Source: Brevundimonas sp.
GTDB taxonomy: Bacteria > Pseudomonadota > Alphaproteobacteria > Caulobacterales > Caulobacteraceae
Length of the DNA stretch: 64,000 nucleotides
Direction: 5' to 3'
NCBI RefSeq assembly: GCF_035999125.1
Contig: NZ_DASYGX010000005.1
Span: forward strand, 46,159 to 110,158
Shown here: piece after piece, positions 42,197-52,000 of the stretch
Layout of the letters: every line of letters starts with the position of its first letter
Position numbering within the stretch: the first letter of the stretch is position 1
Translations under genes and position numbers: made by a program
Notes under the pieces: generated by a model
The model's input: only the letters and a program-made list of their open reading frames with translations
Database searches by the model: none
What the model was told of the DNA's origin: nothing

Positions 42197-42400
42197 TCAG
42201 CCCCCCTGGGTGGATTTCCACCACATGCCGACGACCAGCAGGAGCACCGCCACCGCCTGCAGCGCGACGCGCAGGCGCATCAGCCTGTTGGACCGCGACC
42301 GGGCCCCGGCGTCGGTCTGGTAAAGCGAGCGGATGCCGAAGCCGAGCGTGATCGCCACGGCGACGATGACCCCGATGGTGAGGATGTCGAGCAGGTCCAT
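42197..42400 (-). CDS. Twin-transmembrane-helix small protein (HIG1-like)
   Basis: 67 aa with two TM helices. The RLMRLRVALQAVAV segment matches the bacterial HIG1/twin-TM family pattern. Confidence 0.7.
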   Translation of the reverse strand: MDLLDILTIGVIVAVAITLGFGIRSLYQTDAGARSRSNRLMRLRVALQAVAVLLLVVGMWWKSTQGG

Positions 42401-42644
42401 GCTCGCAGTCTAGGGCCGTTCCTGCGGCATGGCCACGCTCACGGCGTCGCGGCAGATCGCGTCGTCGAACCGAAGGCTTTCGGCTCAACCCGTTGAAAAG
42501 CTGACGTTAGGGAACTGGAAAGTGTGGCGCGGGAGCCGCAGGCCGGCGCGTTTCGACCCTCGGAAGCGCTTCGTTCAGCGGACCGTCATCCCCTTCGCGT
42601 CAGGATGAGGGAACGATGTCGGAGCCGCGGGCTTAGAAAGGGCC

Positions 42645-43355
42645 ATGCCGATGCGACTGAAATCCCTACTCGGCCGGGTCGCCGTTCCCGACGCCCTGGA
42701 CATGGAAGAACACTATCGCACGCCTGCGGAGAAGACCGCCGATCTGGTGGTGCACGTCGTGGGCCTGACTCTGGCGGCCGTCGGCGGCGTGGTCCTTGCG
42801 GTGTTGGCCGCGATCTATGCCGGCGTGGGGACCGTGGTGGCGACCGCCGTCTACGCCCTGTGTCTGATCGCCATGCTAGTCGCCTCGACCGTCTACAACC
42901 AGACCCGCCCCTGCGCCGCGCGGCCGGTGCTGCGGCGGCTGGACGAGGCGGCGATCTTCCTGATGATCGCCGGCAGCTACACCCCCTTCACGACCCAGAG
43001 GTTCGAGGGCGGCTGGGCGATCGGCTTCACCCTGCTGGTCTGGGCTCTGGGCATCGGCGGCGCCTTGGCCAAGCTGTGGGCGCCGCGTCTGTCGGACGCG
43101 ATCTGGAGCGCGGTCTACGTCGCCTTCGGCTGGCTGGCGGTGTTCGCGCTGAAGCCCATGCTGGACACGGTGCACCCCGCCGCCCTGATCCTGCTGGTGA
43201 TCGGCGGGCTGATCTACACCGCCGGGGTCTTCGTCTTCATCAGTCCGAAGGTGAAGTTCCGGCGCGCCATCTGGCACGGCTTCGTGGTGACGGGCGCGAC
43301 GGTGCACTGGACCGCGGTCCTGGTGGGCGTGGTTCTGGCCCCGGCCATGGCCTGA
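42645..43355 (+). CDS. Hemolysin III family (PAQR) membrane protein
   Basis: 236 aa, 7 TM. EKTADLVVHVVG, DEAAIFLMIAGSYTPF and the C-terminal IWHGFVVTGATVHW are PAQR/HlyIII motifs. Confidence 0.88.
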   Translation: MPMRLKSLLGRVAVPDALDMEEHYRTPAEKTADLVVHVVGLTLAAVGGVVLAVLAAIYAGVGTVVATAVYALCLIAMLVASTVYNQTRPCAARPVLRRLDEAAIFLMIAGSYTPFTTQRFEGGWAIGFTLLVWALGIGGALAKLWAPRLSDAIWSAVYVAFGWLAVFALKPMLDTVHPAALILLVIGGLIYTAGVFVFISPKVKFRRAIWHGFVVTGATVHWTAVLVGVVLAPAMA

Positions 43356-43425
43356 CCATTCCGGGCTGGCGTCCGGCGCCGCGCTGCGGGATAGTGCGGG
43401 AACCGACCGTTTCGAGGGGCGCCGC

Positions 43426-44025
43426 GTGACCGATGCCAACTCCGGGGAAACCCGGCCGATCGTCATCAAGAAATACGCCAACCGGCGGCTCTACAACACC
43501 GCCACGTCCGCCTACGTCACGCTGGAGGACCTGGCCCGGATGGTCCGCGCCGGTCAGGACTTCACCGTCCACGACGCCAAGTCGGGCGAGGACCTGACCC
43601 GGCAGATCCTGACCCAGATCATCTTCGAGGAGGAAAGCCGAGGCGAGGCCCTGTTGCCGGTGCAGTTCCTGCGTCGGCTGATCGGCTTCTACGGCGGGCA
43701 GATGCAGTCGGTCCTGCCCAGCTATCTGGAGATGTCGCTGGACACGTTCGCCAAGCAGCAGGAGCAGCTGCGCGGCCAGTTCAAGCAGGCCTTTGGCGGA
43801 GCCCCGGGCGCGGGCCTGCTTGACGAGGCGGTGCGGCGCAACATGCAGATGTTCGAGCAGGCCATGCGGATGTGGCCCGGCTTCGCCGCCGGGATGCCCG
43901 CCGCGCCCAAGTCCGAAGAGACCGCGGCTCCTGCCGCCGACGACGGCCTGGCCGAGATGCGCCGTCAGATGGACGAGATGCGCGCCCAGCTCGACCGTCT
44001 GGCCGGCGACGCCGCCCGAAAATGA
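43426..44025 (+). CDS. phaR: Polyhydroxyalkanoate synthesis repressor PhaR
   Basis: IVIKKYANRRLYNTATSAYVTLEDLARMVRAGQDFTVHDAKSGEDLTRQILTQIIFEEE is the PhaR N-terminal DNA-binding signature. Confidence 0.9.
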   Translation: MTDANSGETRPIVIKKYANRRLYNTATSAYVTLEDLARMVRAGQDFTVHDAKSGEDLTRQILTQIIFEEESRGEALLPVQFLRRLIGFYGGQMQSVLPSYLEMSLDTFAKQQEQLRGQFKQAFGGAPGAGLLDEAVRRNMQMFEQAMRMWPGFAAGMPAAPKSEETAAPAADDGLAEMRRQMDEMRAQLDRLAGDAARK

Positions 44026-44330
44026 GCGACGAGGACCGCCGCGAGGCCGATCGGCGCGCGCGCGATCGTCGAGCGTCGGGGCGGGCCCTGGCGCCGGTCG
44101 ATCCGCCTGCGACCGAAGAGGCCGCGCCGATGGCGGCCGGCACCCGGAAATCCACGCCCGCGGACCCGGCGTTTTCCGCCCAGTTGATGGGTCAGGAGGG
44201 TCAGCGGCGCGGCCTGAAGGGCGGGCCGCCGGTGCTGGACGCGGCCCGCAGCGGCTATCTGAAGGCCCAGCATTCCGGCCCCGCGGAACGGCGTCCGAAA
44301 CCGGGGACCGTCACCAAATCCGACGTCTGA
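44022..44330 (+). CDS. Hypothetical basic protein coupled to phaR
   Basis: 102 aa. The ATG overlaps the phaR stop (ATGA). High GC3. Low-complexity N-terminus. No family recognised. Confidence 0.45.
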   Translation: MSDEDRREADRRARDRRASGRALAPVDPPATEEAAPMAAGTRKSTPADPAFSAQLMGQEGQRRGLKGGPPVLDAARSGYLKAQHSGPAERRPKPGTVTKSDV

Positions 44331-44459
44331 GACCCGGCACGGTCCTTGCTGTGAGGGCGGCGAACGCCTCCATCCCGGGACCGCCAAATGCTCGCCTTCC
44401 TCGCCCGCACCGTCGACGTGACCGTGATCGCGCTGATCTTCGTCGCGTTCGGCTGATCT

Positions 44460-44530
44460 GGAGCGCGGACCTCCAGGTCCGCGAAACCCGAGATGCGACG
44501 ATCCTTGGCGGACCTGGAGGTCCGCGCTCC
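44460..44530. repeat. Perfect 23-bp inverted repeat (compound hairpin)
   Basis: ggagcgcggacctccaggtccgc (44460-44482) is the exact reverse complement of gcggacctggaggtccgcgctcc (44508-44530). Each arm is itself nearly self-complementary (gcggacct-cc-aggtccgc). Confidence 0.7.
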
Positions 44531-44542
44531 TTTGGAAACTCG

Positions 44543-44953
44543 TCAAACCGCCCCGAAGTCGAGGTCCTTACGGGCGGCGATGATCGTCACGATGAAGCCC
44601 GCCAGCACGTCCAGCATGACCATCGCCACGATCAGGAAGAAGGTCGAGGTGGCGAAGCCGCGCAGCAGCAGGAACTCGACGAGGCAGATGACGAACAGGA
44701 TCATCGACAGGGCGTGATTGACGATCGCCACCTTCTGGCTGGAGGTCGACTTCAGCAGCTCGAAGAACAGAAGGATCAGCGCCAGAAACAGGATCAGGTC
44801 GCCCGCCCCCACATTCCACTGGGCGCCCGAGGCCATGCCGATGGAGAACATCGGCTCGCGCAGGCGCTCGTCCGCCAGGGCCGCGCCGCCCGTAAGCGCC
44901 ACGATGTTGTAAAGGATGACGGGGATCACCAGCAGCGGAAGGGCGATGAGCAT
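44543..44953 (-). CDS. Hypothetical 4-TM membrane protein
   Basis: 136 aa with four hydrophobic helices and a good ATG context. No family recognised. Confidence 0.6.
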   Translation of the reverse strand: MLIALPLLVIPVILYNIVALTGGAALADERLREPMFSIGMASGAQWNVGAGDLILFLALILLFFELLKSTSSQKVAIVNHALSMILFVICLVEFLLLRGFATSTFFLIVAMVMLDVLAGFIVTIIAARKDLDFGAV

Positions 44954-45046
44954 GGCTCGGTCCTCTCTGGCCCACAGGCAGGGTTAACGCTGGATACCCG
45001 CGTTCGTGCCCAACCGCCAAGCTGAATCGCCGCGCGGGCGAGGCCC

Positions 45047-45778
45047 TCAGACCTCCTGGACCGCGCCGGGGTTCCGGGCGCGCGTCTTCAGCCACATGAC
45101 GCCCAGCAGGTCGGACAGCGACGCGATCAGCCGGTCCAGGTTGGTGTACTTCGACCGGCCGGTCTCGCGGTGGCGGTGGCCGACGTCGAGGTAGAGGTTG
45201 CGCCATCCTTCGCGGATCATCAGCGCCGGCAGATAGCGGTGCATGTGATCGAAGTAGGGCAGCCGCAGGAAGGCGTCTCGACGGAAGGCCTTCAGCCCGC
45301 AGCCGGTGTCCGCCGCGTCGTCGCCCAGCAGGCGGCGGCGGATGCGGTTGGCCCAGACCGAGGCCTGGCGCTTGGCCTCGGTGTCCTGGCGACTGGCGCG
45401 GACGCCGCCGACCAGGGCGACCTCGGGAGGCGCGTCCATCAGCGCCTGGACCAGACGCGGCGCGTCGGCGGGCGGATTCTGGCCGTCGCCGTCCATGGTC
45501 ACCACGATCGCGCCCCTCGCCGCCAGCACGCCGGATCGCACCGCCCGGCTCTGGCCCGCATTGGACGGATGGGTCAACACACGAAGCTGGGGGTGAAGCG
45601 CCTTCAGCGCCTTCAGCTCGATCAGGGTCGAGTCGCGGCTTCGGTCGTCGACGAAGATCATCTCGTAGTTCCGCCCCGTGAAGGCGGCGGCGATCTCCTC
45701 GACCAGCGGGCCGACCGCACCGGCCTCGTCGTGGACGGGCACGACGACGGAGACGTCGGGGGCGGCGGTCTGGCTCAT
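45047..45778 (-). CDS. Family 2 glycosyltransferase (polyprenyl-phosphate sugar synthase, ArnC/DPM1/RgtE-like)
   Basis: 243 aa from MSQTAAPDVSVVVPVHDEAG.... The DDRSRD, MDGDGQNPP (DxD) and HRHRETGRSKY motifs are typical of polyprenyl-P glycosyltransferases. The 885-aa ORF-track ORF is an upstream artefact. Confidence 0.87.
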   Translation of the reverse strand: MSQTAAPDVSVVVPVHDEAGAVGPLVEEIAAAFTGRNYEMIFVDDRSRDSTLIELKALKALHPQLRVLTHPSNAGQSRAVRSGVLAARGAIVVTMDGDGQNPPADAPRLVQALMDAPPEVALVGGVRASRQDTEAKRQASVWANRIRRRLLGDDAADTGCGLKAFRRDAFLRLPYFDHMHRYLPALMIREGWRNLYLDVGHRHRETGRSKYTNLDRLIASLSDLLGVMWLKTRARNPGAVQEV

Positions 45779-45856
45779 CCCGCGTGAATAGCCGCCCCGG
45801 CGACGCCGCGAAAGCGCCCGCTGACGCGCGGGATCGAAGCGTGTAATCAGACCGTC

Positions 45857-47506
45857 ATGGGACGGCTGGACTTCGACCGCATCATCGCCGGCTGGCGCGG
45901 ACCGCTGCTGGCCGCGCTCGTGGCGCTGCTCACCGGCCTGCCCGGCCTGCTGATGCTGCCGCCGCTGGACCGCGACGAGAGCCGCTATGCCCAGGCCACG
46001 TCGCAGATGCTGGAGAGCGGCGACTACGTCGACATCCGCTTTCAGGACGAGCCGCGCTGGAAGAAGCCCGTCGGCATCTACTGGGCCCAGGCCGCGGCCG
46101 TGGGCCTGACCACCGGGCCCGAGGCGCGGGCCATCCAGCCCTATCGTCTGCCGTCGCTGCTGGCGGCGATGATCGCGGCCTTCGCCTGCGCCTGGGCGGG
46201 AGCGCGGCTGTTCGGCACGCGCGCCGGGTTCCTGGCCGGGGCGATCCTGGGCGCCAGCTTCCTGCTGTCCAGCGAGGCGGGCATCGCCAAGACCGACGCG
46301 GCCCTGTGCGCGGCGGTGACGGCGGCGATGGCGGCGCTGGCCCGCATCTACATGTCGTCGCGCGCGGGCGAGGCTCCCGACCGGCGGCACAAGTTCGTCT
46401 TCTGGCTGGCGCTGGGCCTGTCGATCCTGATCAAGGGTCCGATCGGCCTGATCGTCGTCGCGCCGGCCATTCTGGCGCTGTGCCTGTGGGACCGCGACGC
46501 GCGCTGGCTGAAGCGGCTGGGCTGGGGCTGGGGCCTGCCCCTGGTGGCGCTGATCGTCGGTCCGTGGGCGCTGGCCGTGACCATCGTCACCGACGGCGGC
46601 TTCTGGCGCGAGGCCATCATCGGCGACCTGGCGCCCAAGGTGGCGGGCGGCCATGAGAGCCACGGCGCGCCTCCCGGCGTGCATCTGCTGCTGCTGCCCC
46701 TTCTGATCTTCCCCGCGGCCCTGATGCTGCCCGCCGCGGTCTCGACGGCGTGGAGCCGACGAAATGAGCCCGCGATCAGGTTCCTGATCTGCTGGCTGGT
46801 CCCGGCCTTCCTGATCTTCGAACTGACCCCGACCAAGCTGGTGCACTACACGCTGCCGACCTATGGCGCGGTCGCGCTGCTGGCGGCGGCGGCGCTGACG
46901 CGGCCGGTCGGCGTGCTGTCCGGCCGAATCGGGGCGGGGCTGCACCTGCTGTCGGCGGCGCTGATCGCGGCGGTCGCCGTGTACGGGCTGAACAATTTCG
47001 GCACCTCGACGGCCCAGACTTGGGCGACGTTCACCGTGCTCTGCGCCATCGCTGCCGGCGGGCTGGGGGCGTTCCTGATGCTGAACCGGGCGCCGGTCGC
47101 GGCGTTGGCCCTGTCGCTGGTCTTCGGCGTTCTGGCGCACGCCGCGCTGGTGGGAGAGATCCGGCAGCTGCGGCCGCTGGCGATCGCGCCCCAACTGACC
47201 CGCGCGCTGGAGGCGGCGGCGCTGCACCCGCGTCAGGGCGCGCCCGGGCCGGTGGCGATCACCGGCTTCCACGAGCCGAGCTTCGTCTTCCTGACCGGCC
47301 GCGACACCCAGTTGACCGACGCGGCCGGCGCCGCCCGCGCGCTGATGGAGGGACGCCCCGCCATCGTCGAGGCCCGCGACGCCGCGGCCTTCGCCGCCGC
47401 CGCCGACGGCATGCCCGGCCGCGCGGTGGCCGAGGTCAGGGGCCACAACTATTCCACCGGCGACGACGTGACCCTGACGGTCTACGCCCCCGTCGTCCGG
47501 CCGTGA
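45857..47506 (+). CDS. ArnT/PMT-like (GT39/GT83) membrane glycosyltransferase
   Basis: 549 aa, multi-TM. LPPLDRDESRYAQATSQM...WKKPVGIYW is the first-loop DE/RY motif of ArnT/PMT-type GT-C enzymes. Divergent from the GT2 gene. Confidence 0.85.
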   Translation: MGRLDFDRIIAGWRGPLLAALVALLTGLPGLLMLPPLDRDESRYAQATSQMLESGDYVDIRFQDEPRWKKPVGIYWAQAAAVGLTTGPEARAIQPYRLPSLLAAMIAAFACAWAGARLFGTRAGFLAGAILGASFLLSSEAGIAKTDAALCAAVTAAMAALARIYMSSRAGEAPDRRHKFVFWLALGLSILIKGPIGLIVVAPAILALCLWDRDARWLKRLGWGWGLPLVALIVGPWALAVTIVTDGGFWREAIIGDLAPKVAGGHESHGAPPGVHLLLLPLLIFPAALMLPAAVSTAWSRRNEPAIRFLICWLVPAFLIFELTPTKLVHYTLPTYGAVALLAAAALTRPVGVLSGRIGAGLHLLSAALIAAVAVYGLNNFGTSTAQTWATFTVLCAIAAGGLGAFLMLNRAPVAALALSLVFGVLAHAALVGEIRQLRPLAIAPQLTRALEAAALHPRQGAPGPVAITGFHEPSFVFLTGRDTQLTDAAGAARALMEGRPAIVEARDAAAFAAAADGMPGRAVAEVRGHNYSTGDDVTLTVYAPVVRP

Positions 47507-47513
47507 GGCCCGC

Positions 47514-48428
47514 ATGAGCCGTCCGATCACGATCGTCGAGGTCGGCCCTCGCGACGGGCTGCAGAACGAGGCCGCGGTGCTGGAGCCCGCCGTGCGCGCG
47601 GAGCTGACGCGTCGGCTGGAGGCGGCTGGCGCGCGCCGCATCGAGGCCGTCAGCTTCGTCCACCCCAAATACGTGCCGCAGATGGCGGGCGCCGAGGAGG
47701 TCATGGCCGCCCTGCCGCCGGAGCCGGGCCGCAGCCGGATCGGACTGGTCCTGAACGCCCGCGGCTATGACCGGGCGCTGACCACGGCGGTGGACGAGGT
47801 CAACGTCTCCATCGCGGCCACCGACGGCTTCGGCCTGAAGAACCAGGGATTGGACCGCGCGGGCCAGATGGCCATGGTCGAGGAGATCGTGAGCCGGCGG
47901 AGCAACGCGGTGCCGGGCGGTGAGGCCCCTTCTCTGTCGGTCACCATCAGCTGCGTCTGGGGCTGCCCCTTCGACGGCGAGGTGGGCGTCGATCAGGTCG
48001 CCGATCTGGTCGGCCGGCTGGGCGCCTTGGGGATCGGGGAGATCGCGCTGGCCGACACCATCGGCGTCGGCGATCCGTGGAGCGTCCGCAGGAAGGTCGA
48101 GGCCACTCGTAAAGCCGCGCCGGACGCGACGCTGCGCCTGCATTTCCACGACACGCGCAACACCGGCGTCGCCAACGCCTTCGCCGGGATCGAGGCGGGC
48201 GTCGATGTGCTGGACGCCTCCGTCGGCGGCATCGGCGGCTGCCCCTTCGCGCCGGGCGCGACCGGCAACGTGGCGACCGAGGACGTGGTCTACATGCTGG
48301 AGCGGGCGGGCTTCCCGACCGGCTACGACCTGGACGCCCTGATCGAAACCGCCCGCTGGATCGGGGCCAAGATCGGCCGCCGCGCCCCCAGCGCCCTCAG
48401 CCGCGCGGGCGGCTGGCCGAGGCGATGA
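47514..48428 (+). CDS. Hydroxymethylglutaryl-CoA lyase
   Basis: ITIVEVGPRDGLQNE, LADTIGVG, HFHDTRNTGVAN and GLGGCPFAPGATGNVATED are HMGL-family motifs. Confidence 0.9.
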   Translation: MSRPITIVEVGPRDGLQNEAAVLEPAVRAELTRRLEAAGARRIEAVSFVHPKYVPQMAGAEEVMAALPPEPGRSRIGLVLNARGYDRALTTAVDEVNVSIAATDGFGLKNQGLDRAGQMAMVEEIVSRRSNAVPGGEAPSLSVTISCVWGCPFDGEVGVDQVADLVGRLGALGIGEIALADTIGVGDPWSVRRKVEATRKAAPDATLRLHFHDTRNTGVANAFAGIEAGVDVLDASVGGIGGCPFAPGATGNVATEDVVYMLERAGFPTGYDLDALIETARWIGAKIGRRAPSALSRAGGWPRR

Positions 48429-48673
48429 GCGCCCAACGCCAAGTTCATGTCGGTAGGGACGACACCAAGACGCGCCGCCGGCTTCTCGCCGCCTTGAAGA
48501 AGGCAGGCGCACGTCGGATCGGATCCTGGTGGGGCCTCGGCGGCTCTCAGGAAATTACCACGTGGACATTTGCGCTGCGCAGCGGCCACTTGCGCGTGGA
48601 AGCCGAAACCTACGTCGGACTGTCGCTGATGGGAGACGAGGCGGCAGTCGACGCCGTAGTTCGTCATCTCTGA
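48425..48673 (+). CDS. Hypothetical small protein with atypical codon usage
   Basis: 82 aa. The ATG overlaps the lyase stop (ATGA). It uses many A/T-ending codons (caa, gtt, cat, ggt, agg, ctt, att, aca, ttt, gta), unlike its neighbours. Confidence 0.4.
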   Translation: MSAQRQVHVGRDDTKTRRRLLAALKKAGARRIGSWWGLGGSQEITTWTFALRSGHLRVEAETYVGLSLMGDEAAVDAVVRHL

Positions 48674-48764
48674 CGGCCAATTCTCACCACTTCCTCAGCT
48701 TCCGCTCATGCCGCGCGGCGGCGCCCGCCTCATTCTGTCCCCGTCCAAGCGAAGGAGACGGGAC

Positions 48765-49067
48765 ATGACGACGGTGACGCGGGCAGATCTGGATCGGCTG
48801 TGGGGGGCGCTGCGCCTGCTCGGCTGGGGCGCGGTGGCGGTGGTGATGGCCGCGCCGGCCGTGGCCATGGCGCTGGACGCCCCGGGCGTGAACTGGACGG
48901 CGAGCGACTTCGTCTTCGCCGGCGTGCTGCTGATCGGCGGCGGCGCGATCATCGAACTGGTCGCCGCGCGGGTGAAGAACCCCGTCCTGCGCATCGGTTT
49001 CGCCCTGTTCGTGGTGGCGATCGTCGGCCTGATCTGGATCGAGGGGGCGGTGGGGATCTTCCACTGA
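48765..49067 (+). CDS. Hypothetical small membrane protein
   Basis: About 100 aa from MTTVTRADL, with three hydrophobic helices and high GC3. Confidence 0.5.
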   Translation: MTTVTRADLDRLWGALRLLGWGAVAVVMAAPAVAMALDAPGVNWTASDFVFAGVLLIGGGAIIELVAARVKNPVLRIGFALFVVAIVGLIWIEGAVGIFH

Positions 49068-49076
49068 GCCGGGGCG

Positions 49077-52000
49077 TCAGAGGTTCAGCAGCGCCGGGTC
49101 GCCACCCTGGGCGGAGATGTTGTTGCTGATGGCCTTCTCCGACGCGTAGCGGATCAGGCTGTTGGGCCCGCCGGCCTTCGGGCCGGTGCCGGACAGGCCC
49201 TCGCCGCCGAAGGGTTGCACCCCCACCACCGCGCCGGTGACGCCGCGGTTGATGTAGACGTTGCCCGCCGGCACCAGCCGGATGACCTCTTCCGCGAAGG
49301 CCTCGATCCGGCTGTGCACGCCCAGCGTCAGCCCATAGCCGCGCGCGGCCAGCTTGCCCGCGACGGTCTTGAGTTCGGCCGGATCGTAGCGGTGGACGTG
49401 CAGAATGGGACCGAACACCTCGCGCTCCAGGAAGTCCGGAGTGGGGATTTCGGCGATGGTGGGCGCGAACAGGTCGCCCCTGTCGGCGCCGGCCGGCAGC
49501 TCGGCGCGGGCGACGATCCTGGCTTCCGTGTTCAGCCGCTCGACGTGCGCCTCCAGCGCCTTGCGGCTTTCGGCGTCGATCACCGGGCCGATGTCGGTGG
49601 CGGGATCGGTCGGGTCGGCCACGACCTGCGCCGCCAGCGCGCCCTTCAATCCCTCGATCAGGGCGTCGGCCGAGTCCTTGGGCACGTACAGCACCCTCAG
49701 GGCCGAGCAGCGCTGGCCCGCCGAGCCGAAGGCCGACAGGATCACGTCGTCGATCACCTGTTCCTTCAGCGCCGTGGTGTCCACGAACATGCCGTTCAGC
49801 CCGCCGGTCTCGGCGATGAAGGGGATGATCGGGCCCGGCCGGTTCGCCAGTCCGCGGTTGATGGCGGCGGCCGTGTCCGTGCCGCCGGTGAAGGCGACGC
49901 CGTCGACCAGCGGATGGGTGGTCAGCTTCGCCCCCACGGTCTCGCCCCGCCCGGGCAGCAGGGCCAGCAGGTCGGCCGGAAGCCCGGCCTTGAAGAACAG
50001 GCGCACCGCCTCGGCCGCGATCAGGGGCGTCTGCTCCGCCGGCTTGGCCAGCACGCCGTTTCCGGCCGCCAGCGCCGCGGCGATCTGGCCGGTGAAGATG
50101 GCCAGCGGGAAGTTCCACGGGCTGATGCAGGCGAAGACGCCGCGCCCGTGCAGGACCAGCTGGTTGATCTCGCCGACAGGCCCCTTCAGATCCTGCCGAC
50201 CGCCGAAGTCGCGCTCGGCCAGCATGGCGTAGTAGCGGCAGAAGTCGGCGGCCTCGCGCACCTCGGCCACGCCGTCGTTCAGGGTCTTGCCGGCCTCGCG
50301 ACTGAGCAGCGCGACCAGCCGGTCCATGTCGGCCTCCAGCGCATCGGCCATGGCGCACAGCACCGGGGCCCGACCCGAACCCATGCGGCGGTCCCAGGCG
50401 ACCTGGGCATTGGCGGCCAGTTCGGCGGCGCGGTCGACGTCGGCCTCGGTGGCCTCCGACACGTGGCCCAGCACCTGGGTCCGGTCGAACGGATTGGTGA
50501 CCTCCTGCGACCCCGTCCCGGCCAAGAGCTTGCCGCCGACGATGGGGCCGGAGGTGAAGCGCTCGGCGTCCACCTTCTTCAGCGCCTTCAGATGACGCTC
50601 GCGGTCTGCGGCCTGGCTGTAGTCGCGACCCAGAGAGTTCTGGCGGTCCATGTACATGTCCTTGGGCACGGGGATCTTTGCGTGGCGGTCGGGGTGGGCC
50701 TCGACCTGCGAAATGGGATCGGCGGCGACGGCCGAGGCCGGCACCCGCTCGTCCAGCAGGGCGTGGACGAAGCTGGAGTTGGCGCCGTTCTCCAGCAGGC
50801 GGCGCACCAGATAGGGCAGCAGGTCTTCATGCCCCCCGACGGGGGCATAGGCGCGCACCGTGACCGGGCCGAAGGCGGCGCGGGCGGCGTCGTACAGCGC
50901 CTCGCCCATGCCGTGCAGACGCTGGAACTCGATCTTCACCCCGCGCTCGGTCGCCATGGTGTGCACCGCGGCCAGCGAGTGGGCGTTGTGCGTGGCGAAC
51001 TGGGCATAGATGTGCGGCGACGCCTCGATCATGGCGCGCGCGCAGACGAGGTAGTTCAGGTCGGTGGCGGCCTTGGTGGTGAAGACCGGATAGTCCTCGC
51101 GCCCCGCCACCTGGGCGCGCTTGATCTCGGTGTCCCAGTAGGCGCCCTTGACCAGCCGCACCATCAGCCGGCGGCCCGACGTCTTCGCCAGCTCGGCGAC
51201 GCGGGCGATCACTTCCGGACAGCGCTTCTGATAGGCCTGCACCGCGAGGCCCAGCCCCTTCCAGTCTCCGAGGGAGGGCTCGTGCGCCAGCCGGTCCAGC
51301 AGAGTCAGCGACAGGGCCAGGCGGTCCGCCTCCTCGGCGTCCATGGTGAAGTTGACGTCGGCGTCGGCCGCGATCTTCGCCAGCCGCAGCACGCGGGGAT
51401 ACAGCTCCTGCCACACGCGCGCCTCATGCGTCGCCTCATAGCGCGGCGACAGGGCGGACAGCTTGACCGAGACGCCGTGCCCGGCCTCCGGCCCCTCCTT
51501 CGCCACCTTGCCCACCGCGGTGATGGCGTCGGCGTAGATGCGCTCATAGCGTTCGGCGTCGGCGGCGGTGCGGGCGCCCTCGCCCAGCATGTCGAAGCTG
51601 CACAGCCAGCCCTCGCGGTTGGACCGCTTCAGCGCCGCCTCTATGGTGCGGCCGACCACGAACTGCTCGCCCATGATGCGGACGGCCGCGGCCACCGCCT
51701 CGCGGATCACCGGCTCGCCCAGCCGGCCCACGATTCGCTTCAGGAAGCCCGGCAGGTCGGTGCGGGCCTGATCGTCCACGTCGACCAGCTTGCCCGTCAG
51801 CATCAGCCCCCAGGTCGAGGCGTTGACGAACAGGCTGTCGGACTGGCCCAGATGCCCGGCCCAGTCGGCCGAGCCGATCTTCTCGGCGATCAGGCGGTCG
51901 CGCGTGTCCTCGTCCGGCGTGCGCAGCAGGGCCTCGGCCAGGCACATCAGGGCCAGACCCTCGCGCGTGCCGAGACTGAATTCCTGCAGGAAGCTCTCGA

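Noticed and set aside
42401-42644. 244-nt intergenic region between the HIG1-like and hemolysin III genes, as a possible sRNA or riboswitch
   Set aside because: It contains small hairpins (ccgaag-gc-tttcgg near 42470; tcatcc...ggatga near 42590) but no recognisable riboswitch core or promoter-plus-terminator pair. The evidence is insufficient.
45047-47704. 885-aa minus-strand ORF
   Set aside because: Only the C-terminal 243 aa (45047-45778) are a genuine GT2 protein. The upstream part is antisense to the ArnT-like gene.
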